From Mobula hypostoma (lineage: Eukaryota): a stretch of DNA of 64,000 nucleotides. The translations under genes and the position numbers were made by a program. The stretch is from assembly GCF_963921235.1 (NCBI RefSeq), contig NC_086097.1, positions 182,716,001-182,780,000 on the forward strand. The letters are read 5' to 3'. The notes under the pieces are model-generated. The model worked only from the letters and a program-made list of their open reading frames with translations, searched no databases and was not told where the DNA came from. The stretch's first letter is position 1; every line of letters starts with the position of its first letter. Shown here one piece after another: positions 39,693 to 51,004 of this stretch.

Positions 39693-42600
39693 TCAGAACC
39701 CTGCACCAGCCTTCCCTCCATACCCCCTGATCCCTGTAGCCACAAGGGCCATATCTAACTCCCTCTTAAATATAGCCAATGAACTGGCCTCAACTGTTTC
39801 CTGTGGCAGAGAATTCCACAGATTCACCACTCTCTGTGTGAAGAAGTTTTTCCTAATCTCAGTCCTAAAAGGCTTCCCCCTTGTCCTCAAACTGTGACCC
39901 CTCGTTCTGGACTTCCTCAACATCGGGAACAATCTTCCTGCATCTAGCCTGTCCAATCCCTTTAGGATTTTATACATTTCAATCAGATCCCCCCTCAATC
40001 TTCTAAATTCCAACGAGTACAAGCCTAGTTCATCCAGTCTTTCTTCATATGAAAGTCCTGCCATCCCAGGAATCAATCTGGTGAACCTTCTTTGTACTCC
40101 CTCTATGGCAAGGATGTCTTTCCTCAGATTAGGGGACCAAAACTGCACACAATACTCCAGGTGTGGTCTCACCAAGACCGTGTACAACTGCAGTACTACC
40201 TCCCTGCTCCTGTACTCGAATCCTCTCGCTATAAATGCCAGCATACCATTCGCCTTTTTCACCGCCTGCTGTACCTGCATGCCCACTTTCAATGACTGGT
40301 GTATAATGACACCCAGGTCTCGTGTTGCACCTCCCCTTTTCCTAATCGAACACCATTCAGATAATAATCTGTTTTCCTATTTTTGCCACCAAAGTGGATA
40401 ACTTCACATTTATCCACATTAAATTGCATCTGCCATGAATTTGCCCACTCACCCAACCTATCCAAGTTACCCTGCATCCTCTTAGCATCCTCCTCACAGC
40501 TAACACTGCCACCCAGCTTCGTGTCATCTGCAAACTTGGAGATGCCGCATTTAATTCCCTCATCCAAGTCATTAATATATATTGTAAACAACTGGGGTCC
40601 CAGCACTGAGCCTTGCGGTACCCCACTAGTCACCGCCTGCCATTCTGAAAAGGTCCCGTTTATTCCCACTCTTTGCTTCCTGTCTGCTAACCAATTCTCC
40701 ACCCACACCAATACCTTACCCCCAATACCGTGTGCTTTAAGTTTGCACACTAATCTCCTGTGTGGGACCTTGTCAAAAGCCTTTTGAAAATCCAAATATA
40801 CCACATCCACTGGTTCTCCCCTATCCACTCTACTAGTTACATCCTCAAAAAATTCTATGAGATTCATCAGACATGATTTTCCTTTCACAAATCCATGCTG
40901 ACTTTGTCCGATGATTTCACCGCTTTCCAAATGTGCTGTTATCACATCTTTGATAACTGACTCCAGCAGTTTCCCCACCACCGACGTTAGGCTAACCGGT
41001 CTATAATTCCCCGGTTTCTCTTTCCCTCCTTTTTTAAAAAGAGGGGTTACATTAGCCACCCTCCAATCCTCAGGAACTAGTCCAGAATCTAACGAGTTTT
41101 GAAAAATTATCACTAATAATGCATCCACTATTTCTTGGGCTACTTCCTTAAGCACTCTGGGATGCAGACCATCTGGCCCTGGGGATTTATCTGCCTTTAA
41201 TCCCTTCAATTTACCTAACACCACTACCCTACTAACATGTATTTCGCTCAGTTCCTCCATCTCACTGGACCCTCTGTCCCCTACTATTTCTGGAAGATTA
41301 TTTATGTCCTCCTTAGTGAAGACAGAACCAAAGTAATTATTCAATTGGTCTGCCATGTCCTTGCTCCCCATAATCAATTCACCTGTTTCTGTCTGTAGGG
41401 GACCTACATTTGTCTTTACCAGTCTTTTCCTTTTTACATATCTATAAAAGCTTTTACAGTCCGTTTTTATGTTCCCTGCCAGTTTTCTCTCATAATCTTT
41501 TTTCCCCTTCCTAATTAAGGCCTTTGTCCTCCTCTGCTGAACTCTGAATTTCTCCCAGTCCTCAGGTGAGCCACTTTTTCTGGCTAATTTGTATGCTTCT
41601 TCTTTGGAATTGATACTATCCCTAATTTCTCTTGTCAGCCACGGGTGCACTACCTTCCTTGATTTATTCTTTTGCCAAACTGGGATGAACAATTGTTGTA
41701 GTTCATCCATGCAATCTTTAAATGCTTGGCATTGCATATCCACCGTCAATTCTTTAAGTGTCATTTGCCAGTCTATCTTAGCTAATTCACATCTCATACC
41801 TTCAAAGTTACCCCTCTTTAAGTTCAGAACCTTTGTTTCTGAATTAACTATGTCACTCTCCATCTTAATGAAGAATTCCACCATATTATGGTCACTCTTA
41901 CCCAAGGGGCCTCTCACGACAAGATTGCTAATTAACCCTTCCTCATTGCTCAAAACCCAGTCTAGAATAGCCTGCTCTCTAGTTGGTTCCTCGACATGTT
42001 GGTTCAAAAAACCATCCCGCATACATTCCAAGAAATCCTCTTCCTCAGCACCTTTACCAATTTGGTTCACCCAATCTACATGTAGCTTGAAGTCACCCAT
42101 TATAACTGCTGTTCCTTTATTGCACACATTTCTAATTTCCTGTTTAATACCATCTCCGACCTCACTACTACTGTTAGGTGGCCTGTACACAACTCCCACC
42201 AGCGTTTTCTGCCCCTTAGTGTTATGCAGCTCTACCCATATTGATTCCACATCTTCCCGGCTTATGTCCTTCCTTTCTATTGCGTTAATCTCATCTTTAA
42301 CCAGCAACGCCACCCCACCTCCTTTTCTTTCATGTCTATCCCTCCTGAATATTGAATATCCCTGAACGTTGAGCTCCCATCCTTGGTCACCCTGGAGCCA
42401 TGTCTCTGTGATCCCAACTATATCATAATCATTAATAACAATCTGCAGTTGCAATTCGTCCACCTTGTTACGAATGCTCCTGGCATTGACACACAAAGCC
42501 TTCAGGCGCTCTTTTACAACTCTCTTTGCCCTTATACAATTATGTTGAAAAGTGGCCCTTTTTGATGCTTGCCCTGGATTTGTCGGCCCGCCACTTTTAC

Positions 42601-42718
42601 CTTTCTCCTCACTACTTTTTGCTTCTACCCTCACTTTACACTGTCTCTCTGCACTGGTTCCCATCCCCCTGTTGTGAACTAACCTCCTCTCGCCTAGCCT
42701 CTTTAATTTGATTCCCAC
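39693..42718 (-). pseudogene. CR1 ORF2 (APE endonuclease-reverse transcriptase) of copy B; frameshift near 40322 and a probable 5 bp deletion near 42640
   Basis: ORF-track 40289..42718 and 39693..40292 carry all EN and RT motifs including FADD. Confidence 0.9.
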
Positions 42719-42730
42719 CCCCCAACCATT

Positions 42731-43586
42731 CTAGTTTAAAGTCACCTCAGTAGCCCTAGCTAATCTCCCTGCCAGGATATTGGTCCCCCTAGGATTCAAG
42801 TGTAACCCGTCCTTTTTGTACAGGTCACGCCTGCGCCAAAAGAGGTCCCAATGATCCAAAAACTTGAATCCCTGCCCCCTGCTCCAATCCCTTAGCCACG
42901 CATTTATCCTCCACCTCATTGCATTCCTACTCTCACTGTCGCGTGGCACAGGCAGTAATCCCGAGATTACTACCTTTGCAGTCCTTTTTCTCAACTCCCT
43001 TCCTTGCTCCCTATATTCTCCTTTCAGGACCTCTTCCCTTTTCCTACCTATGTCATTGGTACCTATATGTACCACGACCTCTGGCTCCTCACCCTCCCAC
43101 TTCAGGATATCTTGACACAATCAGAAATATCCCGGACCCTGGCACCAGGGAGGCAAACTACCATCCGGGTCTCTAGACTGCGTCCACCGAATCGCCTATC
43201 TGACCCCCTTACTATCGAGTCCCCTATCACAACTGCCCTCCTCTTCCTTTCCCTACCCTTCTGAGCTACAGGGCCTGACTCTGTGCCGGAGGCACGGCCA
43301 TTGTCGCTTCCCTCGAGTAAGCTGTCCCCCCCAACAGCACTCAAACAAGAGTACCTATTGTTAAGGGGCACAGCCACCGGGGTACTCTCTATTACCTGAC
43401 TCTTCCTCTTCCCCCTCCTAACCGTGACCCACTTTTCTGCCTCCCGTGGCCCCGGTGTGACCACCTGCCTGTAACTCCTCTCTATCAACTCCTCACTCTC
43501 CCTGACCAGACGAAGGTCATCGAGCTGCAGCTCCAGTTCCGTAACGCGGTCCCTTAGGAGCTGCATCTCGATGCACTTGGCACAGA
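42731..43586 (-). pseudogene. CR1 ORF1 (zinc finger/leucine zipper + SGNH esterase) of copy B, frameshift near 43110
   Basis: ORF-track 43102..43656 and 42731..43120; ends EVTLN-stop. Confidence 0.88.
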
Positions 43587-45360
43587 TGGAATGCTCCTCT
43601 GTAGGATGTGGAATTCCTGATGGTTTCCATGATGACTGCATCTGCAGGAAGTGCACCCAACTTCAGCTCTTGACTGACCAGGACAAAGAGTGGGAGTCGG
43701 ATGTACTTCGGATCATCCGGGAGGCTCTACACATTATAGATGAGGTTTCTGGCGTGGTGGTCACACCCAAAGTACTGGCTTTGGACAGTAGATGTGCGGC
43801 CGTCGGGAGGGGTAAGGGGATTGAGAAATCAGTGCATTCCCCTCAGCAACAAGTATACCTCGTTAGGTACTGCTGAGGGGTGGGGGACGATCTGTCAGGG
43901 CACAGCAGCAGCAGCCAGGCTAGCGTCACTGTGGCTGGCTCTGAGGCTCAGCTGGGAAGGGTAAAGTCAGCCGGTGCAGTAGTGATTGGGGACTTGATAG
44001 ATAGGGGGACAGACAGGAGATTCTGTGACCACAAGAGAGACACCAGGATGGTGTGTTGCCATCTGGGTGCGAGGGCCCAAGATGTATTGGAGCATCTGCA
44101 GGATATTCTCAGGGGGAAAGGTGAACAACCGGAGGTTGTGGTGCATATTGGCACCAATGACATAGACAGAAAGGGGCAAGAGGTCCTACATAGTGTTAGG
44201 TCCTACTATAGAGTTAGGAAAGAGGCAGAAGAGAAGGACCTCCAAGGTAGTAATCTCCAGATGAATCCCTGTGCATGAGCTAATGCAGGTAGGAATGGGA
44301 TGAATGAGTGGCTGAGGAGATTGTGGGGGGGGGGGGGTGGGTTTTAATTTCTTGGATCATTAAAGCCTTTTTCTGTGGAAAGGCGTGACCTCTACAAGAG
44401 ATATGGTTGCACCTGAACTGGAGGGGAGCCAATATCCTGGGCGGGAAGTTTGCTAATGCTACTCGGGATGGTTTAAACTAGTTTTGCAGGGGACTGGGAA
44501 ATGGAGCACCAGGTCAGTAAGCGAATGATCAGACTGGAAGGCAGGTGTCAGGGCAAGTATTGAAAGGCAAAATCGAAATAACAGGTGTGATATGTTGGAT
44601 AGCTTGGAGTGTGTAGGAGTATTTATGGGTAAAGGAGATGCACTTAGAGCATGGATGGAACCACAATGTTATGACCATTACAAAAGGGGCAGGAATGGGT
44701 AATTTATGTTCCAGGTTTTCTAAGAGAAAGAACCTTCACAGTGTTGCTGAGCAGAGAGATCTTGGGGTCCAAGTTCATAGCTCCTAGAAAGTGGCTTCAC
44801 AGGTTGACAGGCTGGTTAAGAAGGCTCATGGAATACTCGTTTTTGTTAGTCGAAGCATTGAGTTCAGAAGTCAAGAGGTTATGTTGCAACTTTATAAAAC
44901 TCTGGTTTGGCCGCAACTGGATTATTGCGTACAGGAAGGATGTTGAAGCTTTGGAGAGGCTGAAAAAGAGATTTACCAGGATGTTGCCTGGTTTATATGA
45001 TTATGAGAGGCATTGATAGAGTAGACAGGGAGTAATTCCCAGGATGGGAATGTCTAACACCAGGGGGCATGCATTGAAGGTGCAAGGGGGTGGGCTCAAA
45101 GGGGATATGAGGGCTAAGTGTTTTACTCAGAGTGGTGGATATCTGGAATGCACTGTTTGGAATGGTGGTGGAGGCAAAAACATTTAGAGGTTTTTCAATA
45201 TGCACATGAATGTGGGGAAGATGGAGGGATATGGACATTGTGCAGGTAGGAGAGATTTGTTTATGGGGGATTTTGATTTACTTTTTAGCTGGTTTGGTGC
45301 AACACTGTGAGCTGAAGGGCCTGTTCCTGTGCTGTGCTGTTCTATTCTATGTCCTATGTT
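43587..45360 (+). mobile_element. Older CR1: degenerate ORF1, start of EN, large internal ORF2 deletion (~44720), 3' end with tail
   Basis: DDCICRKCTQLQLL, AVVIGD...RMVCC, VHIGTND, ...FANATRDGLN-stop. Then AYRKDVEALERLKKRFTRMLPG and tail TTCTATTCTATGTCCTATG at ~45340-45360. Confidence 0.85.
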
Positions 45361-45719
45361 TAAATAACTTAGTTTAGTTTAATACCACTCCATTGTCTTA
45401 CACTGCACCTCTTGAGCATCAGCCTGGTACTGTGGCCCACCAGTCTGTGCTCTGTAGACAGTGCTGTTTGTTTGCAAAGCTGGCCTTTTAACTTCAGACT
45501 GATTATTGCTTGCCATTTACATTAAAAACTGAAAACTGGTTCCCAGTTATGACAAGAGGCTGAACAAAGAATATTGGTTGAAAGTTTAACTTACTCAAAA
45601 ACAGCTCTTTGATCTCTGTGTCAGCTGCTTTGTTAGGAAGCCGAGCCTTTCAGAAAGGCCCCCCACCAGCATTGTAAAGTGAATATCCATCACACTGTTC
45701 CTTTGCCTCTGTTCCAGAG

Positions 45720-46120
45720 TCAGTCCTTTGACCCCAGCTGGATCCTGCTCAATGCCCTCAAAGTTGGCCCTGGTCCAGTTCAGAGCTTCAAACTGTGGAC
45801 CTGATTTATCTTTCTCCATAATTATATTAAAACTCATAGACACTAAGTGCTCTCCAACTGTCTCTTCAGGTACTGGGCCTGCCTCCTCCGCGAAGAGGCG
45901 ATCCAGTAATGCTCCTTTCTTAGGAGAGGCCCCTATCGTATGGAAACCCTTCTGTTCTCACAGCATGTGCAACTTCCCGACAAATCTGCTCCACAAGTTC
46001 CTGCTGACTATTGGAGTTCTATAATATTGCCCTACTGAGGCGACCCTCCATATTTATAACTTCTGCACAAATGACGTCCTGAGATGAAACTGAGAGAGTG
46101 TACCCTCCAAGGACTGACTC
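45720..46120 (-). mobile_element. Highly degenerate CR1 endonuclease fragment
   Basis: Minus peptide IIMEKDKSGPQFEALNWTRANFEGI resembles post-EN IIIEKDR...FNWGRANYEAI of the 51-54 kb CR1. Confidence 0.6.
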
Positions 46121-46163
46121 TCACTGGGGAAAAACTGGTCTTTCTCTCACTCATACATGCACA

Positions 46164-46186
46164 CTGACCCTCACTGGGGTGATGGG

Positions 46187-46248
<62 letters not shown>

Positions 46249-46278
46249 ACCCTCACTGGGGTGATGGGTCTCTCTCTG

Positions 46279-46312
<34 letters not shown>

Positions 46313-46332
46313 ACCCTCACTGGGGTGATGGG

Positions 46333-46390
<58 letters not shown>

Positions 46391-46410
46391 ACCCTCACTG
46401 GGGTGATGGG

Positions 46411-46450
<40 letters not shown>

Positions 46451-46470
46451 ACCCTCACTGGGGTGATGGG

Positions 46471-46520
<50 letters not shown>

Positions 46521-46563
46521 ACCCTCACTGGGGTGATGGGTCTCTCTCTCACACACACACACT
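46164..46563. repeat. Composite tandem repeat: constant CTGACCCTCACTGGGGTGATGGGT + (CT)n + (CA)n, 6 units
   Basis: Constant block starts at 46164, 46246, 46310, 46388, 46448, 46518; only the microsatellite lengths vary. Confidence 0.95.
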
Positions 46564-47027
46564 GGGGGGACAAGTCTTTCTCACACATACACACTCACAC
46601 TAGCCGCACACACAGTCTCTCAGATGGACTGTTCCAGGGAGAGTTCTGTGCTCCCTTTCTCCCCCTTCCCCATCACATGGCCATTGTCGTGGGTACACTA
46701 TTTTGACCATGCACCCAGCTTCACCCTGGGAACACTATACAGCCTGTCCCCGTCACCCCAGAGTACGTACAGCTTGTTAGCTGAGGACTGACCGTAGTTT
46801 GCTGCACTCAGTCTCCACAGAGCTGCTCGCAGTGCCTGTCCTGCCTGGTACAGAGCTGGTCCAAAGTGCACAGGACAGCTTGTCCAGGAAACTTGCTTTG
46901 CTCTGCCTTGTTGTCGAGTGTTGGGGTGAACGACCAAGAGGGTGGAAAACTGTCCCTGAGAGGGACGTTGTAACTGGGCATGGGCCAGCTGAGTAAACCT
47001 CCTCCCGCACCCCCAACCCATACAGTC

Positions 47028-47790
47028 TCCACCACTCCCCCATCCCCCACAGGTCCCCCCCACCCTCACAGATCTTCCACTCCACCCCATCGGTCACCAC
47101 CGCTCCCCCATCCCCCACAGGTCCCCCCCTACCCTCACAGATCTTCCACTCCACCCCATCGGTCACCACCGCTCCCCCATCCCCCACAGGTCCCCCCCAC
47201 CCTCACAGATCTTCCACTCCACCCCATCGGTCACCACCGCTCCCCCCCACCCTCACAGATCTTCCACTTCACCCCATCGGTCACCACCGCTCCCCCATCC
47301 CCCACAGGTCCCTCCTACCCTCACAGATCTTCCACTCAACCCCATTGGTCACCACCGCTCCCCCATCCCCCACAGGTCCCTCCTACCCTCACAGATCTTC
47401 CACTCCACCCCATCGGTCACCACCGCTCCCCCATCCCCCACAGGTCCCCCCCACCCTCACAGATCTTCCACTCCACCCCATCGGTCACCACCGCTCCCCC
47501 ATCCCCCACAGGTCCCTCCTACCCTCACAGATCTTCCACTCAACCCCATCGGTCACCACCGCTCCCCCATCCCCCACAGGTCCCTCCCACCCTCACAGAT
47601 CTTCCACTCAACCCCATTGGTCACCACCGCTCCCCCATCCCCCACAGGTCCCTCCCACCCTCACAGATCTTCCACTCCACCCCATCGGTCACCACCGCTC
47701 CCCCATCCCCCACAGGTCCCTCCTACCCTCACAGATCTTCCACTCCACCCCATCGGTCACCACCGCTCCCCCATCCCCCACAGGTCCCCT
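47028..47790. repeat. 68 bp C-rich minisatellite, ~11 units
   Basis: AGATCTTCCA recurs at 68-69 bp spacing (one 50 bp unit) from ~47070 to ~47733. Confidence 0.95.
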
Positions 47791-48404
47791 GCTCTCTACC
47801 ATGTGGGTCTCACTTCTCCCCTGCCCCGCTCCACAGTGGAGTCTCCACAGAAGTCTCTTCGAAGGGACATTGAACCTGGGTATGGGATCAGAGTATATAG
47901 ATCCAAACACCCACAAATTCCCACCACCCTCCAACTTCCCTCTCTCTCTACCCTCTCCCCACCTCCACCCCCACCCCTCAATTCTCCCTCCTAATTCACC
48001 TCCATCTCTTCCACCTTACTGGCCCTCCCCATCACTCCACCCACCTCTCCCTCCACCTGCGACTGTCCAGAAATTAGGGTGACATTTTCCCTCCCTGGGA
48101 GTCAATACAGGGATAAATGAAATTCCACTGACTACCACTGAATAACTCCATGAACTATCTATCTACACATCCACTACTGTCCCTTGGTGACTATCTACTG
48201 TATTTACTCCCACCTCAGTGAACACTCCACTCTTGGTCCCATGTGGACTGATTTGGGAACCTTCCCATTGTCACATTAACACTGGGAGTTTTGAGCTGGT
48301 CTCATTGGGTGGGGGCAGAGGGGTGGGGATCGGGGTCAAGAACATTGCCCAGATCAAACAGGACTGAGTCCCAGTGTGGTTGAGCTCAGGCACTGTGACT
48401 GTTA

Positions 48405-48752
48405 CTGTGGGAGGGGAGTACTGAAGGAGAAGCACACTGTGGGAGGGGTGGTATTGAGGGAGTGTCACACTGTTGGGGGGACAGTACTGAGGGAGCTTCA
48501 TACTCTGGGAGGACAGTACTGAGGGAGAATCACTCTGTGGGGGGGTGGTATTGAGGGAGGGTCACACTGTGGGTGGGGTGGTACTGAGGGAGGGGCACAC
48601 TGAGAGGGGTGGTATTGAGGGAGTGTCACACTGTGGGAGGAACAGTACTGAGGGAGGGTCACACTGTGGGAGGGGCAGTACTGAGGGAGGGTCACACTGT
48701 GGGAGGGGCAGTACTGAGGGAGTATCTCAGTGTGGGAGGGGCAGTACTGAGA
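48405..48752. repeat. Short island (~10 units) of the same ~32 bp minisatellite family as 1-28850
   Basis: Units GTACTGAGGGAG(T/G)GTCACACTGTGGGAGGGGCA in the same orientation as the large array. Confidence 0.9.
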
Positions 48753-49999
48753 CGTGAGTCCTGGTGCACTGTCCCTTTAAGCAGCCTCACAGCTGCAGAT
48801 GTAGGCAATTAAATGCAGCTGTGGGTGATTAAAGGTTCTAGAGCCAGAGGAGGGGGGAGGCTGCTGGACCCTGGAGCACGAGGTGTGGGCTGTTGGTGTT
48901 CCTCACAGGAGGAGTGGGTGGGTGTGGAGGGGAAAATGTTTTGTATGTGGGGAGGGTTGGACCTGTGGAGGGAGGGACTGGTCAGGAGGTAGTTTATGAT
49001 GTGGAAGGTTCTGGTAGTGTATTTCCAGAAGGGTTTCTGTGTCCTGATCCCATGAAGATCAGCCCCTCTCACCCTGACCTAGTAACCCCAACCTCCCAGC
49101 ACCCTGCTCAGTGTGAACTTCCCTCCCTGTTTCCCAGTCTGGGTAGAGAGGAGAGGTTGGAGATTGAGGGGTGTGCTGGGCAGGATGGTTTGGTGGGTGG
49201 TGTTTTTGGAGGGGAGGGTGAAGGGGTGGATGGCAGGGTGTGATTGCAGGGCATGCTGGAGGGAGCGGGGGCCATAGATCATTGTGGGTTTCCTCACTCT
49301 CTCCCTCATACCCCTCAATGGTCACTGAAAATGGACTAAGGTTTGTTTTCACATCATTCCCCCCCCCCACTGCCTCAACTGCCTACCTTACCCCACTCCA
49401 TACCTTCACCCATCTCTGTCCTGTCTCCCTTATTGACTCTGCCCCTCTTCCCACAGCCCACCCATGGATGACAACCTTCTCTTTGAGTGTAAGGCCCCTG
49501 ACTTCTCCCTGCTGGAACTGTTGTCCCCACCGTGTCTCGACCCCCCAGACCCTGAGGTGGACCAGCTACCTCTGGGTGGTTCGGCAGAGTCTGCAGTCAA
49601 CTTGTGCCTCCATTCATCTCGGCTGAGGATGGGAGTTCGGGGCTCCCCACCGCTGGAGGTGTCTGCTCTGGGAGGGGCTGCAGGAGTGATTGACAGGTGG
49701 GTGAACTGACCATCCATCCCTGGACCCGGTTGGCTTGGCATGGTAGGAGAGCATAAGCAACCTCCCACACCTACTGCACCCATGCATTTCAATTGCTGGG
49801 GTTATTGGCCCCTGCCAGGAAGATGGGCTCCTGCTGGGATCATCTCCGTCCCACACTGGCAACCTCTTCGCAGCTCGCAGTGTCAACAGAACAAAAATAA
49901 TTTTGTTCAGTGGGCAAATCAAAGAGCTGGTCATTGGTTTTGGGGGGTGGGGGAGACAGTGCACTTCTCCTGTTTGCATCAACTGTGTTGAGGCTGAAT

Positions 50000-50815
50000 C
50001 AAGGGTGCAATTTAATGTCAGAGAAATGTTTACAATATACATCCTGAAATGCTTTTCCTTCGCAAACATCCATGACAATGGAGGAGTGTCCGAAAGAATG
50101 AATGACAGTTAAATGTTAGAACCCCAAAGTACCCCCCCAACTCCACCCTCCTGCGTATAAGTGGCAGCAAGCAACAATCCCCCCTCCCCACCCACTGGCA
50201 AAAAAAAAAGGCATTGGAACCCACCACCGAGCACTCAAGCGTGAGCAAAGCACAGTAAAGACACAGATTTGCAGTTACCCCAAAGACTACATTGTTCACC
50301 TGGCATTCGACATACCTCAGTCTCTTCCCCCTCCCCCTCCCCCTCATAAGGGAGAAAAAGCTGTCTCTGTTTCACAGCGAGTGGGGAGACATAACGAACA
50401 ACTCGCTGGTTTACGATGTTAAAAGTCCACCACGTTGCTCTTTTTTGAGCCCAAAGATCACGAGTCTCTGAGCACACAGCCGCAGATGTTCCAACTCCCC
50501 CCGATGACACACAGGTCTCCGGTCGTGACACTGACCCTCGATCCGCCCGTCTCCAGAGCCCCGAGATCCTAGGCTTCCAAAGCTGAGCCAGATACTTAGG
50601 CCGAGCCCTTGGTGTGCTGAACAACAACGGCTGGTTATGAAACCCTGAGAGTGGTCCCATACCTGCAAAGAACCGTAGTCAGCGTGTAACTCCAGGTCTG
50701 GGTTTTCAAAAGAACCCTGAAAGGGAAAAATAAAGATATTAAAGATGGAAATAGAGCTGTTTCTGAAGGTGCAGGCAAAGGAGTCGCCATTTAGTACCAT
50801 CACCACGCCACTCTG
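50000..50815. repeat. Unclassified interspersed repeat (possibly antisense LINE 3' UTR or non-autonomous element)
   Basis: Compositionally distinct block with no credible ORF; looks like a dispersed repeat but the family cannot be named from sequence alone. Confidence 0.35.
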
Positions 50816-50834
50816 CTGCCTTGTGAATTGATTG

Positions 50835-51000
50835 CGAACCTCAAGTTCCTAGGAGTGAACATCACGAATGGCCTGTCCTGGTTCAAACATATTGATGTCA
50901 AGGCCAAGAGAGATCACAAATGCCCAACTTCCTCAGGGGGCTAAAGAAACTTGGCATGTCCCCATCGACCAGTACTAATTTTTATTGAGGCACCCTATAA
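50835..51000 (+). mobile_element. Rex1-like LINE fragment, interrupted by the following CR1
   Basis: KFLGVNITNGLSWFKHID...FLRGLKKLGMS, homologous to 33110-33240. Confidence 0.6.
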
Positions 51001-51004
51001 TCAG

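Larger units (their letters stand above)
39596..43586 (-). mobile_element. Young CR1 LINE copy B, near full length (most of ORF1 + ORF2 + 3' UTR + tail)
   Basis: ORF1 has the zinc-finger/zipper and SGNH-esterase motifs GDSIVR, PGARV, HIGTND, DGLHLN. ORF2 has 809 aa open EN+RT and a 199 aa C-terminus. Tail at 39596-39620. TGGA occurs at both junctions (39592-95, 43587-90). Confidence 0.97.

Noticed and set aside
40289..42718. Fully active autonomous CR1
   Set aside because: 5' UTR and ORF1 start are missing, and frameshifts are present near 43110 and 40322.
46164..46563. CRISPR array or His-Thr repeat protein
   Set aside because: Spacers are pure (CT)n(CA)n microsatellite; the peptides are translations of the dinucleotide repeat.
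46980..48082. Pro-rich extensin-like ORFs of 245-297 aa
   Set aside because: Derived from the C-rich 68 bp repeat; open in multiple frames with no splice or start support.
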